64,000 nucleotides of DNA from a virus. Shown here piece by piece: positions 29,731 to 40,656 of this stretch; the first letter of the stretch is position 1; every line of letters starts with the position of its first letter. The position numbers were made by a program, and so were the translations under genes. The DNA lies in the IMG/VR virus record IMGVR_UViG_3300031885_000005, positions 13,568-77,567 of that record. One strand, written 5' to 3'. The notes beneath the pieces are model-generated. The model was not told where the DNA came from. It did not search any database and saw only the letters and a program-made list of their open reading frames with translations.

Positions 29731-31215
29731 TTATTTAATCTCGCTTTTACCATCTTTTCTCTCCACGTTAATATAATTTATTTCTTCTAATTGAGGGCAA
29801 TCTTGATAAATTATAAAAAATTGCATGGGTAGATTTCTGCAAACTTCTATAAAATTTCTAAAATTAATTTCGTCCATACTTCCCATTCCGTCATCAGCTA
29901 TTATTATTCGGTCAGATTCTCCTTTTTGCAATAAGATACCTAATTTAAATATTGCAGAAAGAAAACAAATCTGTCCAGATGAAAGTAAATCATAAGTCAA
30001 TTCTTCTTTTCCATCCTTTATTTTTATAAACTCTTTTTCGTCAGTCAATTCTATAGATAAATTTACAGGTTTCAATAAATCATTAATAATCAATGTCAAA
30101 TTAGTAAGCCATTCTTGAATAAAATAACCACTAAAAGAATCTAAAGTTTTGATTGAATCGGCATAAAGTTGAACATCAGATTTATTGTATTTATATTCAG
30201 AAAATTTTTGTGCCTCTTTTAATTTCATTAAACATTGTTGTATGCTTTTTATATGATTTTGTCCTTCCGCATACAAATCGTTGTAGTATTTCAAGTAATT
30301 TTCTTCTTCTTTAGTTTTGGATTTTGATTGTTCTATTTGATGGTTCAGTTGTTCTATTTCTTGATACATTTCAGAATTTATTTGATTATCTTTTTCGTTT
30401 AAAGATTTGCTTATTTTTTCACATTTAGTTCTGAGAATAGGGCAAATACCTTCTTTGGCTTTTTTAATTTCATTTTGTTTATAATAAACCTCTTTTTCCT
30501 TGCCTTTAATTTCCCCAACTAAATTATTAATAATTGATTCTTGTTCTCTTTTATCTTTTAAAATAGTTGATTCCTCTTCCTGTAATCTTTTTAGTCCATT
30601 CTCTAAAATAGTCCATCGTTTAGTGGACAAATAGAAATGATAAAGTCTCTTATCTACATTATAGATTTCTCGGTCATTTTTCTTTTTCAATAACGATTCT
30701 CTGATAGGAGCAAATTCAGTATCTATGAATTGCATTAATTCTTTTTTAAATGAAATAATTGACCGAGTATCTTCCAAGGAATCCAATAAGTTAATTCCTT
30801 TATCATCAATTAAACAATATTTTCTAAAGAATTGATAATCCCCAAATAATTGATTAAGATGATTTTGTGCAATTGTAGGAGTATTAAATTGCAATTCTTT
30901 TCCGTCTTCAATAATTTTAAGGGCAGAGGGAATTTTGCGTGAGATAATGTAATTTTTGTTATTATGGCTCAACGCAAGTTCCACTTCTGCCTCTTTAGTT
31001 CCGAAATGAATTAATTTATTCAATTTCTTTCCGCAACCCTCCCCATAAAGAGCAAATAAAATGGCAGTTTTTAAAAGAGTAGATTTTCCACTTCCATTAG
31101 AAGAATCCTTTGAATTATCATGGTTGATTCCTCTAATAAGATTAATTTGGGCAGGATTAATCTCTGCGGATTGAAAGAGTTGAAAATCCTTTAAAATTAA
31201 TTTAGAAATCTTCAT
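29731..31215 (-). CDS. SbcC/Rad50 (T4 gp46-like) ATPase
   Basis: NGSGKST Walker A, coiled coil with CPILRTKC hook-like site, LSSGQ signature, IIADD Walker B. Confidence 0.85.
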   Translation of the reverse strand: MKISKLILKDFQLFQSAEINPAQINLIRGINHDNSKDSSNGSGKSTLLKTAILFALYGEGCGKKLNKLIHFGTKEAEVELALSHNNKNYIISRKIPSALKIIEDGKELQFNTPTIAQNHLNQLFGDYQFFRKYCLIDDKGINLLDSLEDTRSIISFKKELMQFIDTEFAPIRESLLKKKNDREIYNVDKRLYHFYLSTKRWTILENGLKRLQEEESTILKDKREQESIINNLVGEIKGKEKEVYYKQNEIKKAKEGICPILRTKCEKISKSLNEKDNQINSEMYQEIEQLNHQIEQSKSKTKEEENYLKYYNDLYAEGQNHIKSIQQCLMKLKEAQKFSEYKYNKSDVQLYADSIKTLDSFSGYFIQEWLTNLTLIINDLLKPVNLSIELTDEKEFIKIKDGKEELTYDLLSSGQICFLSAIFKLGILLQKGESDRIIIADDGMGSMDEINFRNFIEVCRNLPMQFFIIYQDCPQLEEINYINVERKDGKSEIK

Positions 31216-31941
31216 GTAAATGTATTTCCTTTAATTCTTTTGGGGTTAATTTAGTAGATTTTGGTTTCTTTTTATTCGGAATGATTTGAGTTTTAGGATT
31301 TATTTTCCAGGTTTTTCTTATAGGAATATGCAAATCACATGGTTGATTGCATTTAGTGCAAATAGCATAACAAGTTCCTATAGTTGGATTTTTATCTCCA
31401 ATAAAATCAGGAGCAGGATTAGATAATCTTACTTTGGCTCTACAACAAGATGATTTATAGTTATTTTTCTTGTTCATTTTCAATCCTCAATTTTAATTTA
31501 AGATAATTAGATAAATCTTTTATAAAAAATTCATTGTTACTTCCTATTAAATAATAATTCTTAATTAATTTATCTATATGTTTTATATTATTTTTTATTA
31601 CTTCTAATTCAATAATATCATCAATAATACAATCACATCTCTTATCTAATTTATCTATACATTGTTTGTGCGCCATTATTTTATCTCCTCTATTTGTAAA
31701 AATATAATACATACATTTAATAAATGCCATTTCAAACCTATCAAATCAAAATCCTCTTCATTACAAAAGGGGCATCTCATTTCAATTCCTCCAAAAGTAT
31801 TTGTTTAATTTATTCATTTAATAGTTATTTCTTTTTTGCAGTATTTACAATAAAATTCTCCATAAAAAAAAGTAAATTTATCATGATTATAAGTCTTGCA
31901 ATAATACTTATGAAATCCTAATAAACACAATAATTTTCTTA

Positions 31942-32949
31942 TCATTTTATTTCTCCTAATAATATTGATTTAATTTTTTCATCTACATTATTTTTTTCCA
32001 TCCAATCAATTAATGATTCTTTTAATGAAACGTTTTCATTTTTAGGTATAACTAAATTATTTGACATTATAAAGTCTTTCTTATCTCGCAGTATAGTGAA
32101 TTTATTTTTGTATTTTTGATAAAGTGGGAGAAACTCCAACCATCCATTATAATCTTTAAAGATTATGCGGATTTTGGTCTTTTCTGGTAATTGGTCTAAA
32201 TAGGAGCAAAGTTGCCCGACATCGGTCATTTTTATGGGCAATTGTGCCTGTTTTTGGTTCATTTCAGGCACTTTCTTGGCTTCGACAGGGTCTTTTATAG
32301 GTTCGTTTTTAGGGAGTGAATCTGTTTTTTGATGTAATTCAATGTCTATCATAGGGATAGGACTTAAAAGAGGCATAAAATGGCAAGTGGGATTGTCAGT
32401 ATCATAATTTTCTATAAGTAATACTACTTTTATTTTATCTTGTGCTTCCGAAAAATCTACCCAACGACTTGAACCTAATTGTACACAATTTTTTCCTATT
32501 TGTTCAAACGAATGAAAATGCCCTAAAACTACCCATCTAAATTTTTTGAATTCTTGAGCAAAATGAGTAGCGCCAAATTTATTTATTTTAGATTCTTTCA
32601 ATCCAAAATGACCGATAAATAATTTATTTTCGTCATGGTATTCTTTTACTATGGTTATGGCATTGGATAAAATTCCAAAATGATTTAATATAGAATCTTC
32701 AGGAGTTTCTGATTCATGTGATTGCGCCGAAATTATTATGGATGGAATATTTATTTTTTTTAGGAAAGAAGCGAAAAGGTCTAATTCTTTTGAGGTAGGT
32801 TTAACATTATCAAAGTTATCGCCAGTAGAAATATAAGTATCGACATTATATTTTTTAATTAATTCTTTTTGTTCATTAAGAACATTAGAACATTCTTCCA
32901 AAGACGATAAATCAATATGTAAATCACCAGCAATAAGAATGTTTTTCAA
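31942..32949 (-). CDS. SbcD/Mre11 (T4 gp47-like) nuclease
   Basis: GDLHI, GDNFD, SHE, LGHFH, GS; near the SbcC-like gene. Confidence 0.8.
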   Translation of the reverse strand: MKNILIAGDLHIDLSSLEECSNVLNEQKELIKKYNVDTYISTGDNFDNVKPTSKELDLFASFLKKINIPSIIISAQSHESETPEDSILNHFGILSNAITIVKEYHDENKLFIGHFGLKESKINKFGATHFAQEFKKFRWVVLGHFHSFEQIGKNCVQLGSSRWVDFSEAQDKIKVVLLIENYDTDNPTCHFMPLLSPIPMIDIELHQKTDSLPKNEPIKDPVEAKKVPEMNQKQAQLPIKMTDVGQLCSYLDQLPEKTKIRIIFKDYNGWLEFLPLYQKYKNKFTILRDKKDFIMSNNLVIPKNENVSLKESLIDWMEKNNVDEKIKSILLGEIK

Positions 32950-32970
32950 CTTTAACTCCTTTTTTAAAAA

Positions 32971-33339
32971 CTAAAGTTTTTTCCTGATTGAATTGGGAGT
33001 AATTGAATTCCAAAAATATAATAAAGTATTTGGTTTTCTAAAATTTTGTAACCCACGATACTTATAAGGATAAAATTTATAAATAGTCCAAAACAAATAA
33101 CTCATGGTTCCTAAAGCCAATAAACTTGATAAAATAATAAATAAATCATCAATTACTATGCCATAACATAATTTTGTTGTATCATTTAAAAGTGCTGCAT
33201 TGATAAATTTTCTACTATGTCCTCTTGCAGTACCTACTTTTTTTATAGATTTAGATTGCCAAATATATTTCCAAGCATCTCCAATAGAAGTCAAAACTAA
33301 TAATCCACCTAAAATATCTTTAGTCAGTATTAGATTCAT
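32971..33339 (-). CDS. PQ-loop/SemiSWEET-like small membrane protein
   Basis: 3 TM segments; Q..SIKK.GTARGHS. Confidence 0.5.
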   Translation of the reverse strand: MNLILTKDILGGLLVLTSIGDAWKYIWQSKSIKKVGTARGHSRKFINAALLNDTTKLCYGIVIDDLFIILSSLLALGTMSYLFWTIYKFYPYKYRGLQNFRKPNTLLYFWNSITPNSIRKKL

Positions 33340-33645
33340 CTTTTCCTTTTTTTAATCCAGGGAACCAATCTTCATAAATGCAAGAATCTTCATCTGCCTT
33401 ATAAAAAATGCAACATATACATTCTTCGTTTTGGTCTACATACTTTCCACTTTCTTTTTCGCAAAATATCATTCTGATTCTCCTTCTTTAACTATTTTTA
33501 AATCTTTATTCCAAATTAATTGGATAGGATAAATACAATTTACTTTAAAATCAAATAAAATAGGTAAATTCCATTTGCATTTTACACAATCAAATTTTTC
33601 ATTTATTCTTATTTTAAATTTTGGGCAATATCTCATAATCTTTGG

Positions 33646-33673
33646 GCTGATGCGGTTATTAGCCAACATCAGC
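33646..33673. other. GC-rich stem-loop after 33681..33911
   Basis: GCTGATG (33646-52) pairs with CATCAGC (33667-73). Confidence 0.5.
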
Positions 33674-33680
33674 AGTATTA

Positions 33681-33911
33681 CTACTTAACGGGTCTTTCCG
33701 CTTTTTTCTTTTTAATTTCTACTTTATCTTGTTCGGTCAAGAGTTGATTCGACCTGATAGTTGAGAGAAATTTTAAAAGAATCTTAACAATAGCACCAAT
33801 TTTTTCCAAATCGGTATTTAACTTTATCTCTGTTTTTGTTTCCCTATCTTTATAAATACCTTTAGAAACTACATCATCAACATCAGATAATGCTCCTTCG
33901 ATTCCTATCAT
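33681..33911 (-). CDS. Hypothetical protein (76 aa from internal start with strong SD)
   Basis: AAAGGAGGT before ATG 33911. Confidence 0.6.
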   Translation of the reverse strand: MIGIEGALSDVDDVVSKGIYKDRETKTEIKLNTDLEKIGAIVKILLKFLSTIRSNQLLTEQDKVEIKKKKAERPVK

Positions 33912-33943
33912 GCCTTTACCTCCTTTTTTGGAATTTTTATTAT

Positions 33944-34036
33944 TTATTTCTTTGTTACTGATAAATAAACGTATGCTGCCAATCCGCCCACTACTATCCC
34001 TATTATCACTCCCACTACTACTCCTAAATTGAACAT
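33944..34036 (-). CDS. 30-aa single-TM peptide MFNLGVVVGVIIGIVVGGLAAYVYLSVTKK (alternative frame)
   Basis: AAAGGAGGT SD; fully hydrophobic core; not in ORF track. Confidence 0.65.
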   Translation of the reverse strand: MFNLGVVVGVIIGIVVGGLAAYVYLSVTKK

Positions 34037-34099
34037 TTGCTACCTCCTTTTTTAGGTTAAGTTCGGTTGCCTTTTTTTCTAAATCTTTCTGCCAATCGC

Positions 34100-34654
34100 T
34101 CATTGTATAAGTCCGTTTATAGCGTAAACGAAAGCGTCAGCTTCGTCATCATTATCTATTTTTTTACCGATTATATTACTAACAAATTCCATGACTTTTT
34201 CTTTTCTTTCTTTTCTGGGCATTTTTGGTGAAATAGTTAATCTGATATTTTTTCTTGATGTAGTAGGAGGAATAAAATAAATCTCTTCAAAATGCTGATA
34301 AATATTTGCAAAAATAATCCCTGCAAATGCACTTAAAATTAATGCAGTATGAGCATTTTTTCCAATATAACATTTCTCAATAACCAAAATTTTATAAGGA
34401 TTCTTATATGTTTTTATTTTTTGCTCCAAATCCTGTGCTAACCACATTAAGGATTCTAATATTGTCGCTACATTTTCTTTAGGATTTTCTACTTCTGGAA
34501 CTTGAAATCTATAAGTTTCTATTATTGTACTTAGTTTAGTTTCAATAAAACAAATTCCAGTTACTGTAGCCAAATCAACTCCCAAACACATCACATTCTT
34601 GCGAAGTTTTAGACCTAAATTTTTTTCTAATTTTGATAATTTTAATTTAATCAT
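34100..34654 (-). CDS. RuvC-like Holliday junction resolvase
   Basis: LGVDLA..TG, VIE, DDEADA. Confidence 0.8.
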   Translation of the reverse strand: MIKLKLSKLEKNLGLKLRKNVMCLGVDLATVTGICFIETKLSTIIETYRFQVPEVENPKENVATILESLMWLAQDLEQKIKTYKNPYKILVIEKCYIGKNAHTALILSAFAGIIFANIYQHFEEIYFIPPTTSRKNIRLTISPKMPRKERKEKVMEFVSNIIGKKIDNDDEADAFVYAINGLIQ

Positions 34655-35378
34655 TTTTTTGCATTAAATATAGTTTATTTCCTATTTCCATTATAGTATA
34701 AAAAATATATTCATTTATAGTATAAGTATCTTTTTCCCATGAATCCCAAATTTTAACTTCTATAGTATAATTATTTTGTGCCATTTTATAATCCTGCAAT
34801 TACATCATCACAAAATGTTTTACCACAAGAACAATGTGCAGTAACTCCTACTTTTGCATTAGCATTTCCATCGAATTCTATTTCTGTAGAAGAAAATACT
34901 CTACCCTTCTTTTTTTTATTAATAATAATTCTAATATCCAAAAACGGCAATTCTAAACCATACCATATATCTTCATAAGCATAACTTCTAAACCCCGATT
35001 TATAAAATCCAAAATGATTTTGCATTTTTAATTTTCGTCTAATAAATAATAATTTCATTTTTAATCTCCTTTATTTTTAAGAGAGAGGAAGTTTAATCAT
35101 TTAATTATATTTTTCTATTGTTTTACCTTCATTACTCATCAAATAAACCCTGATTGATGGGTCAACATAAATAACTCGATGTAAAATATTATCTCCATTT
35201 GCCAATTCTATTCTTAAAGCATCATGCAGTTTAGTATTTTCTTTTTCATAAATAGAACAGGCACAAGAGACATTCATAACTTCTTTTGTAAAATCGCAGT
35301 TAGAAAATCTAACTTGGTCAAAAGCATCAAATACTATATCATGTACTTTACAGTCATAACATTGTATTATTTTCAATA

Positions 35379-36746
35379 TCATCTCTCTTCCTCCTTATCT
35401 GTCTTTCTATCTTCCTCTCTCTTAGGAATTATTGTATTTTTTATTCTTTCTTGTGCGATTTTAAGATAATCTTCTGATAATTCTATGCCTATAAATCTAC
35501 GATTAAGTAATTTGCAAGCAACTCCAGTAGTTCCCGAACCCATAAATGGGTCAAGAATAATGTCTCCCTTTTTGCTTCCTAAAGTAATAAGATAAGACAT
35601 TAATTTTATAGGTTTAACTGTAGGATGGAAATTACTTCTTTTTTCTCTTGGTTTTTCAGTTCCTTTATTAATTGCACCTACTAATCCTGCTGGTTGGCAA
35701 TCTTTCTCTTCTAAATTTTCACATCCTTTATTTTTCTCACTCTTACTTGCTTTTGGGCAAATTAAAAAAGGAAAAGTATTATAATCTTCGGAAATATTAT
35801 TTTCTTTAGCCCAAGCATCTAAATCAAAATAACGAGAAAAAGAACCAGAATCATTATAAGTTTGTCCTGCTGGTTTTCCAGTAGATTTTTGCCAAATCCC
35901 ACCCGAAGCAGATTTATCATCTTTAGATTTATTTGATGTTCTTTCTTTTCCATCATTTAATATATCATCAGAAACTAATAAATTAGCAGGAAAACGAGAA
36001 TTTTTTTCTGTTTGTGAAATAGTAGTTATTTTTTTCCCACTGCCAAATTGATTTCCATGTATTTCTGAAAAATCATTAAAATTGGCAATTACTTTATCAG
36101 AAGTAGGAATCCTACAATCATCTAAATTAGTAATTCCTTTATTATTTTTTAATGCTTGGTCAATATATCCTTTTTCTGATAATGATTTCATAACTACAAT
36201 TATTATTTCTACTGCTGGCTTGGGTTGAAATCCGCCAAAAGAACCTTTTAATTGTTTGGCTTCTTCGCTTTCTGGTTCAGTAATAGAATACTCGCCTTTC
36301 CATTCATAATTGTCATCATCATGAACTCCTAAATGATTATTTACTTTTTCTCCTGTATGTCCTTTTGCTTTACCTACTTCTTTTCCTTTTAATCCTTTTC
36401 TTTTATCTATTGCTTTGGAAATGTTTATTGCCTTGGGAAATCCGCTTGCATAAGCCCAATAAATAGAAGTAAATCCTGTTTCAAATCCTGCTTCTTGTAA
36501 ATTATAAATCATTCTTCCTAATACATCTTGTCTTGGAGCTGACATAATAAAAGCAAATGCTCCAGGCTTTAATACTCTCAAACATTCTTTCCAAGTAGAA
36601 GAAGGAATAACTACTTTATCCCAATCCTTACCCATAAAAGAATAGCCATAAGGGGGGTCAGTTAAAATAAGGTCAATAGAATTATCTTCTATTCCTTTTA
36701 ATACTTCTTTACAATCTCCTAAATATAATTGAATTTGTTTATCCAT
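35379..36746 (-). CDS. Site-specific DNA methyltransferase (N6-adenine/N4-cytosine, beta class)
   Basis: TDPPY, HPTVKP, DPFMGSGTT. Confidence 0.92.
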   Translation of the reverse strand: MDKQIQLYLGDCKEVLKGIEDNSIDLILTDPPYGYSFMGKDWDKVVIPSSTWKECLRVLKPGAFAFIMSAPRQDVLGRMIYNLQEAGFETGFTSIYWAYASGFPKAINISKAIDKRKGLKGKEVGKAKGHTGEKVNNHLGVHDDDNYEWKGEYSITEPESEEAKQLKGSFGGFQPKPAVEIIIVVMKSLSEKGYIDQALKNNKGITNLDDCRIPTSDKVIANFNDFSEIHGNQFGSGKKITTISQTEKNSRFPANLLVSDDILNDGKERTSNKSKDDKSASGGIWQKSTGKPAGQTYNDSGSFSRYFDLDAWAKENNISEDYNTFPFLICPKASKSEKNKGCENLEEKDCQPAGLVGAINKGTEKPREKRSNFHPTVKPIKLMSYLITLGSKKGDIILDPFMGSGTTGVACKLLNRRFIGIELSEDYLKIAQERIKNTIIPKREEDRKTDKEEER

Positions 36747-36747
36747 T

Positions 36748-39700
36748 TTATTCACTATAATAAGGTTTAAGTTCTTTTTCTTCTATAAAATCTTTTTCAG
36801 TAAAAGTAGGTTGAGATTTAATTATTGGAATTTCTTGTTCGGGTATTTCTTTCTTTTTACGTTCTTTTTTGGGTTTAGTTATTATTCCAATTTTTTCTTT
36901 ATCCCATCTTAATGCATCAAAAATTTTTTCTGAAATATCTAAAATATTTCTTTTAATCATCATATCATAATCTACTTCGATTATTTGATTTTGAGTTTCC
37001 TCATCATAAGCGAGTACATTTTTTTCTATTATTGTGTGGGATTCTTTTAATTCTTTTTTTCCAGTTTCTTTATTTTTTCTCATTGATTTAGCATGTCTTT
37101 CTGCTTGTCCAAAAGATTTAACATAACAGTAATAAAAAGTTTCTCCCGAATTTTTTTCTATTCCAAACAATTTCTTAGAATAATCCAAGGCTCTTAAAAA
37201 GATGGGAGGACTTTTATAGTCCTGTATATTATTTATTTTAGAAGGAAATCCTATTTCAATTATAGGAACTTTCTTAATTGTTTCTTTTTGTGAAGCAATA
37301 AATTCAATAATCGCTTCTTGAGATTCGTTATTAAGAACTTTTTCTATTAATTCTTCTTGAAATTTTTTCATAAAAATAGAACTATTCCTTCTCTTTACTT
37401 CAACCCCTTTAATTTCTTTTTTAATTCCTGTAGGAGTTTTTAAATAACCAATGTAATGGCAAAGGGCTACCACTAATAATCTATCAAATATACCTTCAGT
37501 TTCAAATTCTATTCCTAAATTATCTTTATTATATTTTTCTTTAGCCCATTGATTTACTAACTGATTTAATAAATTGGTTGGGTCTTCTTTAGTTTGACAA
37601 AAAATACTGTCAGTATCTAAATAGGTAACTTTTATTTCTTGTTCTTGTAATTTATTTTCTACATAATGGAGTAAATCTCTTACTATACTCGTAATTGCAG
37701 AAGCTATTCGAACATCATATAATCGGAATACTTTCAGAGCAGTTACTCCAAAAAGGCTATTTGTAAGTGCCTTGATTGCTTCATATTTTATCTGTAAATC
37801 TTTTGCTTCTTCACTTTCTGGGTCTAAAGATTTAAGTTGCTTTTTTAATATATCTTTTTTGATGATTAATTTTTTTGCAATTATGGGAAGTAAAGTATTT
37901 GGATTTTGCTTAACATAAATAGAATATTTTACTTCATTAGTTTCTCGGTCAGTTATATCTATTTTCTGTTCATTTTTATTTTCGGTAAGATTAGCAATAT
38001 CTAAACAAAAATTAATAATGGCTTGGGGATAGGCACTACTTAAATCGAGTTTATAGACTTGTTCAAAACGACCAAGTTCTGCTCTTCTGTAAGCTCCTTC
38101 AAATTCTTTACCCTCCTCTATTATAATATCTTCCGCATATTTTTTTGAAGGAAGTACTATACCCATTTTTTTTGCCTCAGTTAAAAGCATTACATCAAGT
38201 ACTTTTGAATTTCCACTTAATACTATTCGTTCCTTGTATCTTATTAAAAAATTGTGATATTCGTTTTCTATGCACCAAATTTTACCTTCATATTGAATCT
38301 CTTTTTTAGCATGATAACGAAATAATTTAAGTGGTTTTTTTACAATATTTCCTTCATAATATGTAAATCCGTTTTTAATTCTTTTATGTGTACTGACATT
38401 CCATCCAGCTAAAATACATAATAATTGAAATTGGTCGAGTAATTCTTTATTTTTAGAATAATAACAACCACTATTCTTGGTTTGCCAATGCCCATCCCCT
38501 TTCATCATTGTTTCTATTAATAATCTTTTTTGTTGAATAGATAATTCATAAACAAAAATCGGTAATTCTTTTTCATTATTTAATAATTGCTTATATAAAC
38601 TTGTATCTCTTGCCCTAATACGAAAATTAATACATTTATTTTTTTTGTGGATATATTTAGAATATCCTAAATTTTCTTGATTTAATAATTCCTCTATTTC
38701 ATTCGCTTTCTTTCCTTTATTTTGATAAATAGAAATACCCTTCAATTGTTTTTCAAAATGTCCTTCAGAAACTATCCAACCAATAAGTTTTATTTGATTG
38801 TCAGTTAGTTGATTAAATTTTCCCTCATAACCTTCAGAACCCACAAAGAAATATCTATCATCTCTATCAGGTATAGAATCTATAGTATTTTCTTCTAATT
38901 TGAGTTTATTACGTTCAGGTCTATTATAAGTCATTAAAAATTTATGATTTGGAGTAACACAAAAATTAATTCGTTCATTATCATAATTTATCATTATTCC
39001 TTTATAATCATAAATAAATAGATTTTTAATTTTTGATAATTCTAATTGTAAAGTTTTCGGATTCATGGAATAAACTCTATCCGATTTTTTTATTTCATTA
39101 TATTTCTTCCAACCATTTTTTGTGAGAAGTTCTGTTTGTTCATCAAGACAATGCCAAGTCAAATCCTCCCAAATACATTTCCCCATTCTGCGAATTTCGT
39201 CATAATAGGAGATTATCTTTTTTTGGTTTTCGATTTCAATCATATCTTTTATATCTTCAATATTTTTTTCTTTAATTTCTTCAGTAATTTGGCTAAAATC
39301 TACTTTCTTTTTTGGAGGTTTTCCCAAATACTTTTGAGCAATAGAATCTAAAGCATAGGATACTTCTTTATTATAAATTTTTTTAAATAAATCCAAATAA
39401 TCTAATATACTAATACCTTGAGGATAAGGAATTTCATCCTCTTTTCTTCCATAGCGACATTTTTGAATCGGACTAATTAATTCTGCTAAATTTAATGACC
39501 ATAATTTTTTTATTCTCATTGCAAGATAAGGATAATCAAATGCTATAAAATTCCACCCCAGCAAAATATCTGGTTGCTCATCTTTTATATATTTAATAAA
39601 ATCTTTTAACAATTTATCTTCAAGTTCATTCCAATCTTTAACAGCAATTCTTGGGTCAACATAATCTTTTAAATAAAATGTTTTGATTTCTTTAGATAAA

Positions 39701-40131
39701 GAATTATAAATACTAATACAGGTAATTGGTTGATTAGGATAGAGATAATTGGGTATTCCTCCCTTTGTTTGGATTTCAATATCAATAAAAATATATTTGA
39801 TTGGAGATTTAATAATTTCCCCTACCTTATCACACAAATATCGTTTCGTAAACAAAACATCTGCTTCGTAGGAATTTTCGTCTCTTTTGCGAGAAACTTC
39901 TGAAGGCAATTTACAAAATACTTTATTTACTTTTTTTCCGTTAATAGTTCTAAAAATTCCTGTCGAAGATTCTTGATAAAAATAAGGCATAAAATTCTTA
40001 TCCCTAAACTGAACCAATTGCCCATCGGGTTGGCGATTAAAGAGGACAATTTCTCTCCCCAAATTACTTATATTCTGAATCGGAAAATTTAAAATATGTC
40101 CTCCAATTTTAATAAATGAAAAGGTCTCCAA
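36748..40131 (-). CDS. Family B DNA polymerase with 3'-5' exonuclease, intein-containing
   Basis: DIE, WNFIAFD, DLSSAYP, KALTNSLFG, YLDTDS, KGVE; true start uncertain. Confidence 0.93.
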   Translation of the reverse strand: METFSFIKIGGHILNFPIQNISNLGREIVLFNRQPDGQLVQFRDKNFMPYFYQESSTGIFRTINGKKVNKVFCKLPSEVSRKRDENSYEADVLFTKRYLCDKVGEIIKSPIKYIFIDIEIQTKGGIPNYLYPNQPITCISIYNSLSKEIKTFYLKDYVDPRIAVKDWNELEDKLLKDFIKYIKDEQPDILLGWNFIAFDYPYLAMRIKKLWSLNLAELISPIQKCRYGRKEDEIPYPQGISILDYLDLFKKIYNKEVSYALDSIAQKYLGKPPKKKVDFSQITEEIKEKNIEDIKDMIEIENQKKIISYYDEIRRMGKCIWEDLTWHCLDEQTELLTKNGWKKYNEIKKSDRVYSMNPKTLQLELSKIKNLFIYDYKGIMINYDNERINFCVTPNHKFLMTYNRPERNKLKLEENTIDSIPDRDDRYFFVGSEGYEGKFNQLTDNQIKLIGWIVSEGHFEKQLKGISIYQNKGKKANEIEELLNQENLGYSKYIHKKNKCINFRIRARDTSLYKQLLNNEKELPIFVYELSIQQKRLLIETMMKGDGHWQTKNSGCYYSKNKELLDQFQLLCILAGWNVSTHKRIKNGFTYYEGNIVKKPLKLFRYHAKKEIQYEGKIWCIENEYHNFLIRYKERIVLSGNSKVLDVMLLTEAKKMGIVLPSKKYAEDIIIEEGKEFEGAYRRAELGRFEQVYKLDLSSAYPQAIINFCLDIANLTENKNEQKIDITDRETNEVKYSIYVKQNPNTLLPIIAKKLIIKKDILKKQLKSLDPESEEAKDLQIKYEAIKALTNSLFGVTALKVFRLYDVRIASAITSIVRDLLHYVENKLQEQEIKVTYLDTDSIFCQTKEDPTNLLNQLVNQWAKEKYNKDNLGIEFETEGIFDRLLVVALCHYIGYLKTPTGIKKEIKGVEVKRRNSSIFMKKFQEELIEKVLNNESQEAIIEFIASQKETIKKVPIIEIGFPSKINNIQDYKSPPIFLRALDYSKKLFGIEKNSGETFYYCYVKSFGQAERHAKSMRKNKETGKKELKESHTIIEKNVLAYDEETQNQIIEVDYDMMIKRNILDISEKIFDALRWDKEKIGIITKPKKERKKKEIPEQEIPIIKSQPTFTEKDFIEEKELKPYYSE
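38209..39150 (-). mobile_element. Intein (314 aa) with LAGLIDADG endonuclease in PolB
   Basis: H|CLDEQTELL...TPNHKF...WIVSEG...KGDG...IWCIE...LSGN|S. Confidence 0.92.
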
Positions 40132-40457
40132 ATTGCATCTCTTCCGTTGTCTAATAAATAATTCATCATTCTATTTGCACCCACAAAATTCATAGAATGA
40201 ATATAACACAATGCTTGCTTTTGACTTTCATTATCAATCAACCATTTTACAAATGTGTAACCTGTATTTTCTTCATTAGAATCCACCCAAAGTTGATTTC
40301 CGAGGTCGTGGTCTAATAGCATTGTTTGAAAATCATTTAATAAACATGCTTCTTTAGCTGCGTTTACAGTTTCACAAATAAATAATTCTTGATTCCTCAA
40401 TAATTGTTTGAATTTTTCTATACGGATAGGATTATCTTCTAATATAAGAATTTTCAT
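40089..40457 (-). CDS. Cyclic-phosphate-processing receiver (cREC)-like domain protein
   Basis: ILEDN..R, LDHDLG, TGY....WL, IHSMN.VG. Confidence 0.8.
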   Translation of the reverse strand: MKILILEDNPIRIEKFKQLLRNQELFICETVNAAKEACLLNDFQTMLLDHDLGNQLWVDSNEENTGYTFVKWLIDNESQKQALCYIHSMNFVGANRMMNYLLDNGRDAIWRPFHLLKLEDIF

Positions 40458-40656
40458 TTTTTAAATTCTGAATGAATATGTAATTTTATTGTATTTATTT
40501 TTTTAATTAATTCAATCTGTTCATCAGTAATATATCCTTCATAATCAGAATAACCTTTGGCATTTCCTCCTGAATTTATTAATCCTATAGATTCTAATAA
40601 ATTTCTATTTATTCTGGTTTCTTCTGGTTCTATTTGTAACCAAACAAAAGTTTTCA

